Assembly: GCA_902785275.1 (NCBI GenBank)
Contig: CACZYB010000005.1
Span: 2,213 to 66,212, forward strand
DNA from: an uncultured Pseudomonadota bacterium
GTDB lineage: Bacteria > Pseudomonadota > Alphaproteobacteria > Rs-D84 > CACZYB01
Direction of reading: 5' to 3'
Length of the DNA stretch: 64,000 bases
Shown piece by piece: positions 27,430 to 36,856 of this stretch. Made by a program: the position numbers and the translations under genes. The notes beneath the pieces are model-generated. The model saw nothing but the letters and a program-made list of their open reading frames with translations. It had not been told where the DNA came from and searched no databases. Position 1 is the first letter of the stretch. Each line of letters opens with the position of its first letter.

Positions 27430-28809
27430 TTACAAAGCTTTTTCACATTTTCCCGCCATCTCACTATCCTTCTTTGCCTTTGATGCTTGAAGAACAGAAA
27501 GTGCAGTCGAAGTACCACTTGTTCCTATTGTCACACCAGCTAAGATGTTGGATGCAAGATTTAAATTCTTTTCCTTTTTCTTTCCTTCATCACTGTTATC
27601 ATGACGAACATTATCACTATTTGCCATAAATGATGTTACGGTGCCGGCACCCGCAGTTGCTGTACCAATACCTGATACAATAGTGTTTGCAGTTGCAAGT
27701 TTTTTAAGGGATTGAATGTTGCTTTCATCATAACCGGTACATACGGAAAGTATCTCACCAGCCTTAACAACTGAAGCCTTTGTTGGTTCAAACTCATCTG
27801 CCTCCGCCATTGACTTTGCCAATTTCAAATCTTTCAAAGCATTGTTACAGTCAGACATTTTTTCCGCCAACTTTGACGCATTTAAAACTGAACCAATAGA
27901 TGTTCCAGTTGATACCGCAGATGTCACAGTAGCACCAGCCATAAGTCCAGTTCTTACATTACCAAAGGTTTTGGATTTTTTTTCATATAGACCTTGCAAT
28001 GTTTTGCTTTTGAAATTTTCTAATGTTATAGTTTCAAGGTCAGCAATAGTTGCTCTTGTAATGCTATTTAATTTTGTTGCTATTAAAGAATTTCTTCCTG
28101 TATCAAATGAATCTTTATAGTCTTGTAAAACATATTTTAATTCATCGTATTTATCTGAATATCTAACATCGATAAGATAATCAAGTTGTAATATCTCTTC
28201 TGCCTTTTGTGCTAAAACGCTAGTTGAAGTATTATCTTTTTGATTATAATCATCCAAATCTTGTTTTATACTTTCTAATTTCTTTTTCCATTCATCATAT
28301 TTGTTTGCATAATATTCATCAGACAATTCTATTTCTTCTGTTTTTTTATCGTTATTCTCTTTTATTGTACCAGATACCAAAGCATCAGCAGCAACCGCAG
28401 TACCCAAAGCTGATGATACAGTTGTTGCAACTGTCAAACCAAAGATAGTATCAATATTTGATTTAATACCAGAACAATAGTTTTGAACTGTACTTATTTT
28501 TGCATCTAAATCATTTTTTAATGTTTTACTAACACTTCTATATTCAGAAATTACTGAAGGTGTATCATTAATTGTTGGTCTAGTAGCATCATCAACAGTA
28601 ATATTAACAGTAGTTACTTCTGTATTATTATTTGCTTCTTTTATTTCAGTAGCAATATTGTTGTTAATATTATTAGCTTCAGTTTTTTTTACCGGTTTTG
28701 CAGACACCGCATATCTTTTGGTTTTATTTCTGTGATTACCTGCATTTACAACACAAATATTGCTTAATGTTAAAATTAAACTTAGTGTTAAAATAGAAAC
28801 ATTTCTCAT
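27430..28809 (-). CDS. Secreted or surface protein, A/T/G-rich with internal repeats (putative surface antigen)
   Basis: Signal peptide (ILTLSLILTLSNICVVNA) and repeated GTAVAADALVSGT / GTATAGAGTVTS / GVTIGTSGTSTA-like blocks. Confidence 0.5.
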   Translation of the reverse strand: MRNVSILTLSLILTLSNICVVNAGNHRNKTKRYAVSAKPVKKTEANNINNNIATEIKEANNNTEVTTVNITVDDATRPTINDTPSVISEYRSVSKTLKNDLDAKISTVQNYCSGIKSNIDTIFGLTVATTVSSALGTAVAADALVSGTIKENNDKKTEEIELSDEYYANKYDEWKKKLESIKQDLDDYNQKDNTSTSVLAQKAEEILQLDYLIDVRYSDKYDELKYVLQDYKDSFDTGRNSLIATKLNSITRATIADLETITLENFKSKTLQGLYEKKSKTFGNVRTGLMAGATVTSAVSTGTSIGSVLNASKLAEKMSDCNNALKDLKLAKSMAEADEFEPTKASVVKAGEILSVCTGYDESNIQSLKKLATANTIVSGIGTATAGAGTVTSFMANSDNVRHDNSDEGKKKEKNLNLASNILAGVTIGTSGTSTALSVLQASKAKKDSEMAGKCEKAL

Positions 28810-28835
28810 AAATTTACCTTCCCTTTTTATATATT

Positions 28836-28985
28836 AAAAAACGCCTTCGTAAACGAAAGCGGTTGGGGGCTAGAAAACGTCATAAAGTAATACGCAAGAA
28901 TGACCGTTTGTATATTGCTACACAAACACACCCCAACCTTACAGTTGGGATACGTATTACTTTTCAAAACGAGTTTTCTAGGCTC
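28836..28985 (-). ncRNA. Candidate structured cis-regulatory leader (attenuator/riboswitch-like) upstream of the surface-protein gene
   Basis: It is GC-rich relative to its surroundings. Nested helices: 28870-78 pairs with 28973-81, 28884-94 with 28953-63, and there are hairpins at 28906-11/28923-28 and 28932-37/28944-49. An alternative pairing 28861-68/28931-38 is mutually exclusive with the 28932-49 hairpin. The terminator hairpin at 28842-61 is followed by U6 (minus strand), then the RBS GGGAAGG, and ATG at 28809. Confidence 0.35.
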
Positions 28986-29074
28986 GCATACCCTTTCGGA
29001 TACTAAATTTTGCTAAAAAAATCTAACAAAACCTACGAATATAGTACTATAAAAAAATGATAAAGTCAAATATA

Positions 29075-29102
29075 TAAAAAAACTCCCCATAAAACGGGGA
29101 GT
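29075..29102 (-). terminator. Intrinsic terminator of ppaC (ACTCCCC-ATAAAAC-GGGGAGT, with U-run on the minus strand)
   Basis: Hairpin at 29082-29102 with an A7 run on the plus strand at 29075-81. Confidence 0.6.
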
Positions 29103-29124
29103 AATTTCTTCAAACTTTTTTTTA

Positions 29125-30045
29125 TTAAAGTTTTGTTTCAAGTGGTGGAACAACTTGTTTCTTACGGCTCATCATTCCATCAACCCAAGCACAGTGTTTT
29201 TCATCACACTTAATGCCAAATACATTTTCAATCGCAGGAATATCATCTGATACAACAAGCATTTCAGATCCTTCTTTCATAATATCTGTAATCAAAAGAA
29301 GAAGCGTGTTGTATCCGCCATCTTTGTGAAGTTTTTTCATTTCTTCTAAGATAGCAGGTTTCTTGCTTTCAGCCATTGAACCATCGATAAGTTCTATTTG
29401 ACCTATACCAAATTTTTTACCGTGGATATTGAAATCTTTGAAATCACGGTTGATAAGGTCAAGAGCAGAGTCATTTTCAATTGAAGACTTAACCTTTAAC
29501 ATTTCAAGGCCAAGATCAAGAGGTTTTTCAATACCTGCAATTTTTGCAAGTTCTTCTACTGCTTTTTTATCCCATTCTGTTGTTGTAGGAGATTTGAAAA
29601 GTACAGTATCAGAAAGTACAGCACAAAGCATAGCACCAGCAACTTTTGCAGGGATATTTTTACCTTCTGTTTTGAAAATGTTTGTTATAACAGTTGAACT
29701 TGAACCAACTGGTTGACCATAAAATTCAAGTGGTGTCGCATTTTTAAGACCGCCAAGTTTATGATGATCAGCAACAAAAACAATAGATGCTTTTTCAATA
29801 TCTTCAGGAAGTTGTGTTGGTTCTGTTGTATCAACCAAAGCAACAGTTTTACCTTCAACAGAAGTTATTGTTTCAGGAATATCTAATCCAAATTTTTCAA
29901 TAATGAATTTTGTTTCTGGGTTGATATCTCCTTGTTTGCATGCAATTGCATCAACTCCACGAGCTTTAAAAAGTTCAGCAACAGCAATTGTAGAAATAAT
30001 TGCATCGCTATCAGGGTTTGTATGTCCAAATACATATACAGTCAT
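29125..30045 (-). CDS. ppaC: Manganese-dependent inorganic pyrophosphatase (family II, DHH)
   Basis: VFGHTNPDSDAI, a DHH motif and the DHHA2 C-terminus. Confidence 0.85.
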   Translation of the reverse strand: MTVYVFGHTNPDSDAIISTIAVAELFKARGVDAIACKQGDINPETKFIIEKFGLDIPETITSVEGKTVALVDTTEPTQLPEDIEKASIVFVADHHKLGGLKNATPLEFYGQPVGSSSTVITNIFKTEGKNIPAKVAGAMLCAVLSDTVLFKSPTTTEWDKKAVEELAKIAGIEKPLDLGLEMLKVKSSIENDSALDLINRDFKDFNIHGKKFGIGQIELIDGSMAESKKPAILEEMKKLHKDGGYNTLLLLITDIMKEGSEMLVVSDDIPAIENVFGIKCDEKHCAWVDGMMSRKKQVVPPLETKL

Positions 30046-30084
30046 TTAATTTATCCTTTCGTTTAGTTATTAAATTTTTTATTT

Positions 30085-30870
30085 TTATTTCTTTTTATTG
30101 TATGGAGGTTTTGTATATCCCATTGATGACTTTGTGAAAATTTCAACACCATTTTTTGTAATACCCAAAGTATGTTCAAATTGTGCGGAAAGTCCACCAT
30201 CAATTGTTCTTGCAGTCCAATCATTATCTTCGATATACATTTCCCAAGAACCAGTATTTATCATTGGCTCTATTGTGAATACCATACCTTCTTTTAAGAT
30301 AACCTTATCATCCTTTGGTTCATAATAGTGAAGCACATTTGGTGCATCATGGAAAACTTTACCTGTTCCGTGACCGCAAAAATCACGAACAATAGAAAAG
30401 CCATGAGCTTCACCCATCTCTTGAATAACCTTTCCAATTTCAGAAAGTTTTTGACCTGGACGACAAATTGAAATTGCCTTCATCATAGATTCATATGTAA
30501 CATCGACAAGTTCTTTTGCTCTATCAGAAACATTACCAACAAGGAACATTCTGCTTGTATCACCATAGTATCCATCAATAATTGTTGTAACATCAATATT
30601 TACAATATCGCCGTCATTAAGAAATTCATTTTTGTTTGGAATACCGTGACAAATAACATCGTTAATAGAAATACAACAATGCTTTGGGTATCCGCAATAG
30701 TTAAGTGGTGCGCAAATACCACCTTGTTTTTTTGTGTGTTCTGCAATCAATTTATCCAAATCATAAGTTGATATTCCCGCACAAACATAATCTGTTATAA
30801 AATCCAAAGTTTCAGCAGCAGCACGACCTGCAACACGTAATCCTTCAAAATCTTTTTTATCGTAAATCAT
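30085..30870 (-). CDS. map: Methionine aminopeptidase type I
   Basis: Metal ligands in DGD..D...H..E..E context (FCGHGTGKVFHD...). Confidence 0.9.
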   Translation of the reverse strand: MIYDKKDFEGLRVAGRAAAETLDFITDYVCAGISTYDLDKLIAEHTKKQGGICAPLNYCGYPKHCCISINDVICHGIPNKNEFLNDGDIVNIDVTTIIDGYYGDTSRMFLVGNVSDRAKELVDVTYESMMKAISICRPGQKLSEIGKVIQEMGEAHGFSIVRDFCGHGTGKVFHDAPNVLHYYEPKDDKVILKEGMVFTIEPMINTGSWEMYIEDNDWTARTIDGGLSAQFEHTLGITKNGVEIFTKSSMGYTKPPYNKKK

Positions 30871-31011
30871 AATATACCTTTTTCTTTTTTATTTTTTCAA
30901 TATTAAATGATTATAAACATTTTCAAAAAAAAATAAAGAGTAAAAATACTTTACTTGCATCTTTAAAAATGATATACTTTAATTTGGTTTTAATAAAGAG
31001 GGAAAAATAAA

Positions 31012-32136
31012 ATGCTTGGTAAAAAAAATAATAAGAAAAAACGCATTGCAATTTTAACAGGTGGTGGAGATTGTCCTGGGCTTAATGTTGCAATAAAGGC
31101 AGTATCTCAATATGCAATGAATAAATATGGTTGGGAAGTTTTTGGTATCAAAAATGCTTTAAATGGCCTTCTTGATGAAATAAAATTTGATGGCGATGAT
31201 GCTGATGTTATTCAATTCCGTCCTTCATTTTCATTTGGTGAATATGTTCGTCAGGGTGGAACATTTTTGGGCTCATTCAAAAAGATAAAAGGTAAAAAAT
31301 TTAAGGATGTTAAAACAGATGAAGAATTGGTTGAAGTTATATTGCCATTTTTCAAAAAACATATAAAAGAACTTAACATTGACGGTATGATTGCAACAGG
31401 TGGTGATGGTACAATGTTTATGTTAAACTTCTTGTGTGAAAAGGTAAAAATCCCGTTCGTTGGTATTCCAAAAACTATTGATAATGATACACCAGGGACA
31501 GAAATTTCAATCGGATTTTCAAGTGCTGTTGATGCTTGCGTAAATGCATTGGATAGTATTTTCTGGACTGCAAAAGGTCACAGACGTGTTATTGTTACTC
31601 AAGTTATGGGAAGAAACACAGGTCATTTGGCGATGCATTCAGGTGTGGCTTCATGTGCAGATGTGATTTTGACACCAGAAATTCCTTATACTTTAAGTGG
31701 GGTTATAAAAAAAGTTAAATCATTAAAAACTTTGGAAAAACGTGATTACGCAGTTATAGTTGTTGCCGAAGGTGCAGGTGCAGAAAAGGGTAAACCTCTT
31801 CCTAAAAATGCAAATTACACAGTTGCAGAATATATTGCAAATGCTTTAGCAAAAGAAGGTATCGAAGCGCGTGCAGATAATCTTGGATATATCCAACGTG
31901 GTGGTCTTCCAAATGGATACGACAGAATGTTAGCATCAGAACTTGGTGTTATGGCTGTTGATTTGATGGCGGATGGTTATACTGCAGTTATGGCGGGAAT
32001 GAAAGATGGTAAACCAGCAAAAGTTTTACTTAAAAACGTATGTAAAAAAGAAACTCGTGGTTTGAACCTTTCTTCTCCAATTGTTAAGACAGCAAAAAAT
32101 CTTGGCATATACATTGGTGAACGTATAAAAAAATAA
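31012..32136 (+). CDS. pfkA: 6-phosphofructokinase (PfkA family; PPi- vs ATP-dependence not resolved)
   Basis: ILTGGGDCPGLN, GGDGT, MGRNTGHLA motifs. Confidence 0.85.
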   Translation: MLGKKNNKKKRIAILTGGGDCPGLNVAIKAVSQYAMNKYGWEVFGIKNALNGLLDEIKFDGDDADVIQFRPSFSFGEYVRQGGTFLGSFKKIKGKKFKDVKTDEELVEVILPFFKKHIKELNIDGMIATGGDGTMFMLNFLCEKVKIPFVGIPKTIDNDTPGTEISIGFSSAVDACVNALDSIFWTAKGHRRVIVTQVMGRNTGHLAMHSGVASCADVILTPEIPYTLSGVIKKVKSLKTLEKRDYAVIVVAEGAGAEKGKPLPKNANYTVAEYIANALAKEGIEARADNLGYIQRGGLPNGYDRMLASELGVMAVDLMADGYTAVMAGMKDGKPAKVLLKNVCKKETRGLNLSSPIVKTAKNLGIYIGERIKK

Positions 32137-32162
32137 TCGTTAAAAGTATAAATCTAAAATAA

Positions 32163-32192
32163 AACCTCCCAAAATGGGAGGTTGATTTTTTT
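32163..32192. terminator. Intrinsic terminator (ACCTCCC-AAAAT-GGGAGGT + T7) between convergent genes
   Basis: Hairpin plus T-run. Confidence 0.6.
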
Positions 32193-32403
32193 AAGATTTT
32201 ACTCTTTTGCTTCTTAGTATTTCTTTTAGTATCTTTATTCTTCTTGCATAAGAGAAATTTTCATCAAATTCAATCGATATTATACCAAGGCTATCAGCCT
32301 CTGCAAGAAGGGAATTATATTTCATCATATAAACTCTTTGTGATCTTTTCTTTTTCCCATTTTTATTTCTGTATGGAGCAGCATCCTTTTCTATAATATT
32401 CAT
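32191..32403 (-). CDS. Hypothetical small basic protein (70 aa)
   Basis: AAAGGA RBS plus ATG (MNIIEKDAAPYRNKNGKKKRSQ...). No recognised domain. Confidence 0.3.
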   Translation of the reverse strand: MNIIEKDAAPYRNKNGKKKRSQRVYMMKYNSLLAEADSLGIISIEFDENFSYARRIKILKEILRSKRVKS

Positions 32404-32552
32404 TTTAAATCCTTTTTCTTTGTGTGGTAACAAAGAAAAGTTATATCCAAAAAATTAATTTGTCAATGATAAAAATATTTAATTTTTAAAATATTTGATT
32501 TTTCCTAATTTATGTAATAAAATCCTTAGGTATTGGGATGAAAGGCTTTGTT

Positions 32553-32888
32553 ATGAGAAAAAAGGGTTGTGTACAAAAAAATAAAGAGAATATTAGAAAG
32601 AAACCTACAAAATCACAAAAAAAAATAGATTGGTTCGATTCTTTGTTAAAGGAATGTGTAACTATTGAAGATCGTTTGAAAAATGCTTCTCTTTTTGAGT
32701 TGGAACATTTGCTAAAAGAAGCAGAAACAAAACTTTTATTTATAAAAAACAAGATAAATCCTTATCCAGAGGACGGTTTATCAGGAAGTCTAGCCACAAA
32801 ATGGGAAGGTAAAATTTTTTTGGAAAAAATGGCTTGCGAGTCAGAAATATCATTTATAAAATCTAAAATAGAAGAAAAACAAAGGTAG
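32553..32888 (+). CDS. Hypothetical coiled-coil protein
   Basis: K/E-rich. The track ORF starts at 32538. The C-terminus ends ...EEKQR, like the next ORF. Confidence 0.3.
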   Translation: MRKKGCVQKNKENIRKKPTKSQKKIDWFDSLLKECVTIEDRLKNASLFELEHLLKEAETKLLFIKNKINPYPEDGLSGSLATKWEGKIFLEKMACESEISFIKSKIEEKQR

Positions 32889-32894
32889 GTTAAA

Positions 32895-33188
32895 ATGAAA
32901 ATAAATATACAAGAAGAAGCATATAATTTTTATGAAAAAGAATTTAATACAAAAAATAAGAAAAAAAGACACGATTCGGATCTTCTTTCTCAAAAAAGAC
33001 AACTTGGCTTGGCTCGTGAAGAATTGAGAAGAGTTCAAAATGAAAGATGTCCATATTCTTCATCAAATGTTTTGGGTGGTCCTGCATTTCAATGGTGTTT
33101 GGAACATGATGAAAGAATTGAGATCTGTGAACGAAATATTGCTGATATAAAAGCAAAAATGAAAGAACTTACTCAAAAACAAAGATAA
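32895..33188 (+). CDS. Hypothetical protein (97 aa, basic, Cys pair)
   Basis: An RBS is present. The C-terminus ends ...TQKQR. Confidence 0.3.
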   Translation: MKINIQEEAYNFYEKEFNTKNKKKRHDSDLLSQKRQLGLAREELRRVQNERCPYSSSNVLGGPAFQWCLEHDERIEICERNIADIKAKMKELTQKQR

Positions 33189-33224
33189 TCTTTTTATTTT
33201 TGTATTATAGATAAAGGATTTGCT

Positions 33225-34235
33225 ATGGAAGAAAGACTTTTAGATAGAAAAGAAATTGTGGAAGATGTTACTCGTGATGAAAATATCCGTCCACTTTCTA
33301 TTGATGATTTTATCGGCCAAAAAGGGATAAAAGAAAATTTAAAAGTTTTTATCCAGTCTGCAAAAAGTCGTAAAATTGCATTGGATCATTGTTTGCTTTA
33401 TGGTCCTCCTGGTCTTGGAAAAACAACATTGGCAAATATTATTGCAATAGAGCTTGGCGTTGGATTTCGTGCAACATCTGCACCTATGATTACAAAAACG
33501 GGTGATTTGGCTGCATTGCTTACAAATCTTCAACCAAACGATGTTTTGTTTATTGATGAAATACACCGTCTTTCACCATCTGTTGAAGAAGTCCTTTATT
33601 CTGCGATGGAAGATTTTAAACTTGATTTGATTATTGGTGAAGGTCCTGCGGCGCGTTCTGTTCGTATTGATATTCCACCATTTACATTGATTGGTGCAAC
33701 AACAAGAACAGGTCTTTTATCAACCCCGCTTCGTGAACGATTCGGTATTCCATTGGCTTTTGAATTTTATACCGATAATGATTTAGCAAATATTGTTAAA
33801 CGTGCGGGAAAAATATTAAACATTTCTCTTTCTGATAGTGGTGCAAATGAAATTGCAAAACGTTCACGTGGAACACCTCGTGTTGCAAATAGACTTTTAA
33901 AAAGAGTGCGTGACTTTGCTGTTGTCGATGGTAAATCGGAAATTGATGAAGCTGAAGCAAAAATCTCATTACAAAAGCTTTCTGTTGATGAATACGGTCT
34001 TGATAATTTAGATAGACGTTATCTAAATTTAGTTATCGAAAACTATGCTGGTGGTCCTGTTGGTATTGAAACACTTTCTGCGTTATTAAGTGAAGAAACT
34101 GATACAATAGAAGATGTTATAGAACCATATCTTTTACAGATTGGATTTTTGCAACGTACACCAAGGGGTAGGGTGATTACAGAAAAGGCTTATAAACACC
34201 TTGGACTCGAAAATCTTTTGACTAATAAGGATTAA
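33225..34235 (+). CDS. ruvB: Holliday junction branch-migration ATPase RuvB
   Basis: Walker [15 protein letters not shown], and sensor motifs. Confidence 0.9.
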   Translation: MEERLLDRKEIVEDVTRDENIRPLSIDDFIGQKGIKENLKVFIQSAKSRKIALDHCLLYGPPGLGKTTLANIIAIELGVGFRATSAPMITKTGDLAALLTNLQPNDVLFIDEIHRLSPSVEEVLYSAMEDFKLDLIIGEGPAARSVRIDIPPFTLIGATTRTGLLSTPLRERFGIPLAFEFYTDNDLANIVKRAGKILNISLSDSGANEIAKRSRGTPRVANRLLKRVRDFAVVDGKSEIDEAEAKISLQKLSVDEYGLDNLDRRYLNLVIENYAGGPVGIETLSALLSEETDTIEDVIEPYLLQIGFLQRTPRGRVITEKAYKHLGLENLLTNKD

Positions 34236-34238
34236 AAA

Positions 34239-34694
34239 ATGGAAAATATAAAGGCATCAAGTGGTATTATAAAAGATAAAAAACATTATTATCCGGTACA
34301 TGTATTTTATAATCATACCGATGCTGGGCAAATTGTGTATTTTGCAAATTATCTAAGGATGACTGAGGAAGCTCGCGTGGCACTTTTCAATATGCTTGGT
34401 AACAAAGATATTGAAGGCTATAATCAGCTTAGAACTGTTGGAGATTTTGTTGTTCGTTCATGTAATGCTGAATATTTGAAATCCGCAGTCTTAAACGACG
34501 ATTTAGTTGTTGTTTCAAGCCTAAAGGAGGTAGGTAAAGTTCACATAACACTTACACAAGATATTTATCGTGATGATGAAAAATTGGTAACTGTTGAATT
34601 TAAACTTGTATTCGTAAAAATTATGCCCGACGGTTCTCACAAACCAAGTCGTGTTCCAGAATTTTGGTCAGATAAAATTTCTGAAATATACTAA
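34239..34694 (+). CDS. ybgC: Acyl-CoA thioesterase, YbgC/4HBT hotdog family
   Basis: 151 aa hotdog fold. It is in the ruvB-ybgC linkage typical of the tol-pal region. Confidence 0.7.
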   Translation: MENIKASSGIIKDKKHYYPVHVFYNHTDAGQIVYFANYLRMTEEARVALFNMLGNKDIEGYNQLRTVGDFVVRSCNAEYLKSAVLNDDLVVVSSLKEVGKVHITLTQDIYRDDEKLVTVEFKLVFVKIMPDGSHKPSRVPEFWSDKISEIY

Positions 34695-34703
34695 CTAAAT
34701 TTT

Positions 34704-35051
34704 TTATTTAGATTTCATATACTCAACTTTTCCAGCTATCTTTAAAAAACGATGAGCGTATTTTTCGTTTTTTTCACGTATGTTATAGTACTGTTTGAAA
34801 AGTTTTTCGTTTTTATCAATATTTGCACGATAAAAATCAAGAGAGTAGTTTGCAATTATATTGAACAAAGTGAAATCTTTTAAATATTTAATCGAAAGTT
34901 GAGTTAAAACAAAACTTGCCAAATTTAAAGATACTAAATCTCTTTCAATTCCATCTAAAATGCTATCATTGATATCCATTTTATTACGTAAAATATGTAA
35001 TTTTTTAACTATTATATCTAATTCATTAGTATCTTGAGCATTTAAATTCAT
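34704..35051 (-). CDS. Hypothetical protein
   Basis: 115 aa with no recognised motif. Confidence 0.3.
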   Translation of the reverse strand: MNLNAQDTNELDIIVKKLHILRNKMDINDSILDGIERDLVSLNLASFVLTQLSIKYLKDFTLFNIIANYSLDFYRANIDKNEKLFKQYYNIREKNEKYAHRFLKIAGKVEYMKSK

Positions 35052-35132
35052 GTTCCTATCCTTACATTGAAGTTAATCAATTTTTATAATATACAATAAA
35101 AGACTTTTGTCAATAAAAATTTATTCTTCTGA

Positions 35133-35729
35133 TTATATTACCTTTTTAATATTATTTAAAAGGTTTTCCCATGCATTATTTATACATTCTTTTCTGTGGG
35201 CTTCGTTACAGTCTTTTAAACAAAGGTTATCGGATACTATTTTTATCATATGAACATTTTCAATCATGCATGCAATATAATAGCCTTCCATATCTACAAC
35301 GCAGTCTTTTTCGGTCAATTCTCTGTTCTCAACAAAATCATCTGCCGTATATAATGTACTGTTTTTACAGATATTTTCATCTGCAAATACGGATTTTAGG
35401 GTAAAAGTTTTATTTAAATTCTTAACCTTCTGTGGTTCGAAAAGTCTTTTTGCGCAACTTATATCAATAATATCACCAACATTATATGATGGTGAACCAA
35501 CATATCCAATATTGATAAATTTATCATTTTTATCAAATAATTTCTCGTTAAAACAATTGGTTATGGTTTTTAAAACATTTCCAACTCCAACACCGGTTAC
35601 CAAAATAAATAAGTTATCAAATTTTTCTGATTTATAAAAATTTTTCTCTATTTTAAGATTGATATTGAATGATTTTTTTATGTATTCAGCCTCTTCTTCC
35701 ATTGCGACAAGAAATATAACTTTATTCAT
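35133..35729 (-). CDS. Nucleoside phosphorylase-family protein (MTA/SAH nucleosidase-like)
   Basis: VAMEEEAEYI, VTGVGVGNV, VVDMEGYYIA motifs of the PNP_UDP_1 family. Confidence 0.5.
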   Translation of the reverse strand: MNKVIFLVAMEEEAEYIKKSFNINLKIEKNFYKSEKFDNLFILVTGVGVGNVLKTITNCFNEKLFDKNDKFINIGYVGSPSYNVGDIIDISCAKRLFEPQKVKNLNKTFTLKSVFADENICKNSTLYTADDFVENRELTEKDCVVDMEGYYIACMIENVHMIKIVSDNLCLKDCNEAHRKECINNAWENLLNNIKKVI

Positions 35730-35969
35730 TTTTTTTACCTATTTTTATTTTTTTTTATAATTTTATAGGCTAATATGTGTTAAGAAAATATTCAATAATT
35801 TTGTTAAAAAATTATTTACAAAATATAATTTCCAAAAAGTTTTTTTATAAAAAGTCTAAAATTTGATTGACTCTTTCGTTTTTTAAGTTTAAGATAATTC
35901 CACTTTAATTTAATAGATTCTAAAATCTATTGTTTAACATATTGTAAAAACTAAAAAAAGGAAAAAAAT

Positions 35970-36341
35970 ATGCCAACTATAAATCAGTTGATAAAACATC
36001 CAAGAACTGATAAGGTTAAAAAATCTAAGGTTCCTGCAATGCAACAAAATCCACAAAAACGTGGTGTTTGCACAAGGGTTTACACAACAACCCCTAAAAA
36101 ACCTAACTCTGCTTTGCGTAAGGTTGCTAGGGTTAAATTAGTTAACGGTTACGAAGTTACTGCATACATTCCAGGTGTTGGTCATAACTTACAGGAACAC
36201 TCTGTCGTTATGATTCGTGGTGGAAGAGTAAAGGACTTACCTGGTGTTAGATATCACATTATTCGTGGTGTTCTTGATACTCAAGGTGTTGCAAACAGAA
36301 AACAAGCACGTTCTCTATATGGTGCTAAAAGACCTAAATAA
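35970..36341 (+). CDS. rpsL: 30S ribosomal protein S12
   Basis: MPTINQLI..., conserved. Confidence 0.95.
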   Translation: MPTINQLIKHPRTDKVKKSKVPAMQQNPQKRGVCTRVYTTTPKKPNSALRKVARVKLVNGYEVTAYIPGVGHNLQEHSVVMIRGGRVKDLPGVRYHIIRGVLDTQGVANRKQARSLYGAKRPK

Positions 36342-36355
36342 TATAAGGAGCTAAT

Positions 36356-36826
36356 ATGTCAAGAAGAAAGAAAGCTGATAAACGTATCATCAATCCAGAT
36401 CCAAAATATGCAAATCTTTTGGTTTCAAAATTTATGAACTATTTAATGGTTGATGGAAAAAGAACTGTTGCAAGTGGTATTATGTATGCTGCTTTGGATA
36501 CAGTAAAAGCAAAAACTAAAAAAGATGAATTGGAACAATTTTTGGAATTGGTTGATAAAGTAAAACCTTCATTGGAAGTTCGTTCACGCCGTGTTGGTGG
36601 TGCAACTTACCAGGTTCCAACAGAAGTTCGTCCAGCAAGACGTGAAGCATTGGCTATTCGTTGGATTATCGAAGCTGCAAGAAAACGTGGAGAAAAAACT
36701 ATGGCAGAAAGACTTTCTGGCGAATTTATGGATATTCTCGCTGGAAACGGTGCTTCATTGAAAAAGAAGGCTGATGTTCATAAAATGGCTGAAGCAAATA
36801 AAGCTTTCTCTCATTTCAGATGGTAA
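36356..36826 (+). CDS. rpsG: 30S ribosomal protein S7
   Basis: Conserved sequence and position. Confidence 0.95.
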   Translation: MSRRKKADKRIINPDPKYANLLVSKFMNYLMVDGKRTVASGIMYAALDTVKAKTKKDELEQFLELVDKVKPSLEVRSRRVGGATYQVPTEVRPARREALAIRWIIEAARKRGEKTMAERLSGEFMDILAGNGASLKKKADVHKMAEANKAFSHFRW

Positions 36827-36856
36827 TTTATTAAAAAGGAAAATAAGGATTTTATT

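Noticed and set aside
28932-28949. CCCAAC-CTTACA-GTTGGG hairpin considered as a simple terminator
   Set aside because: No flanking U-tract on either strand. It is better explained as one of the alternative helices of the structured leader.
31019-31030. A8 tracts at the 5' ends of pfk and rplW (40797-40804) as slipped-strand switches
   Set aside because: They are in essential housekeeping genes. Lys codons drive A-runs in this AT-rich genome, which lowers the weight of the GT2 A9 tract as well.
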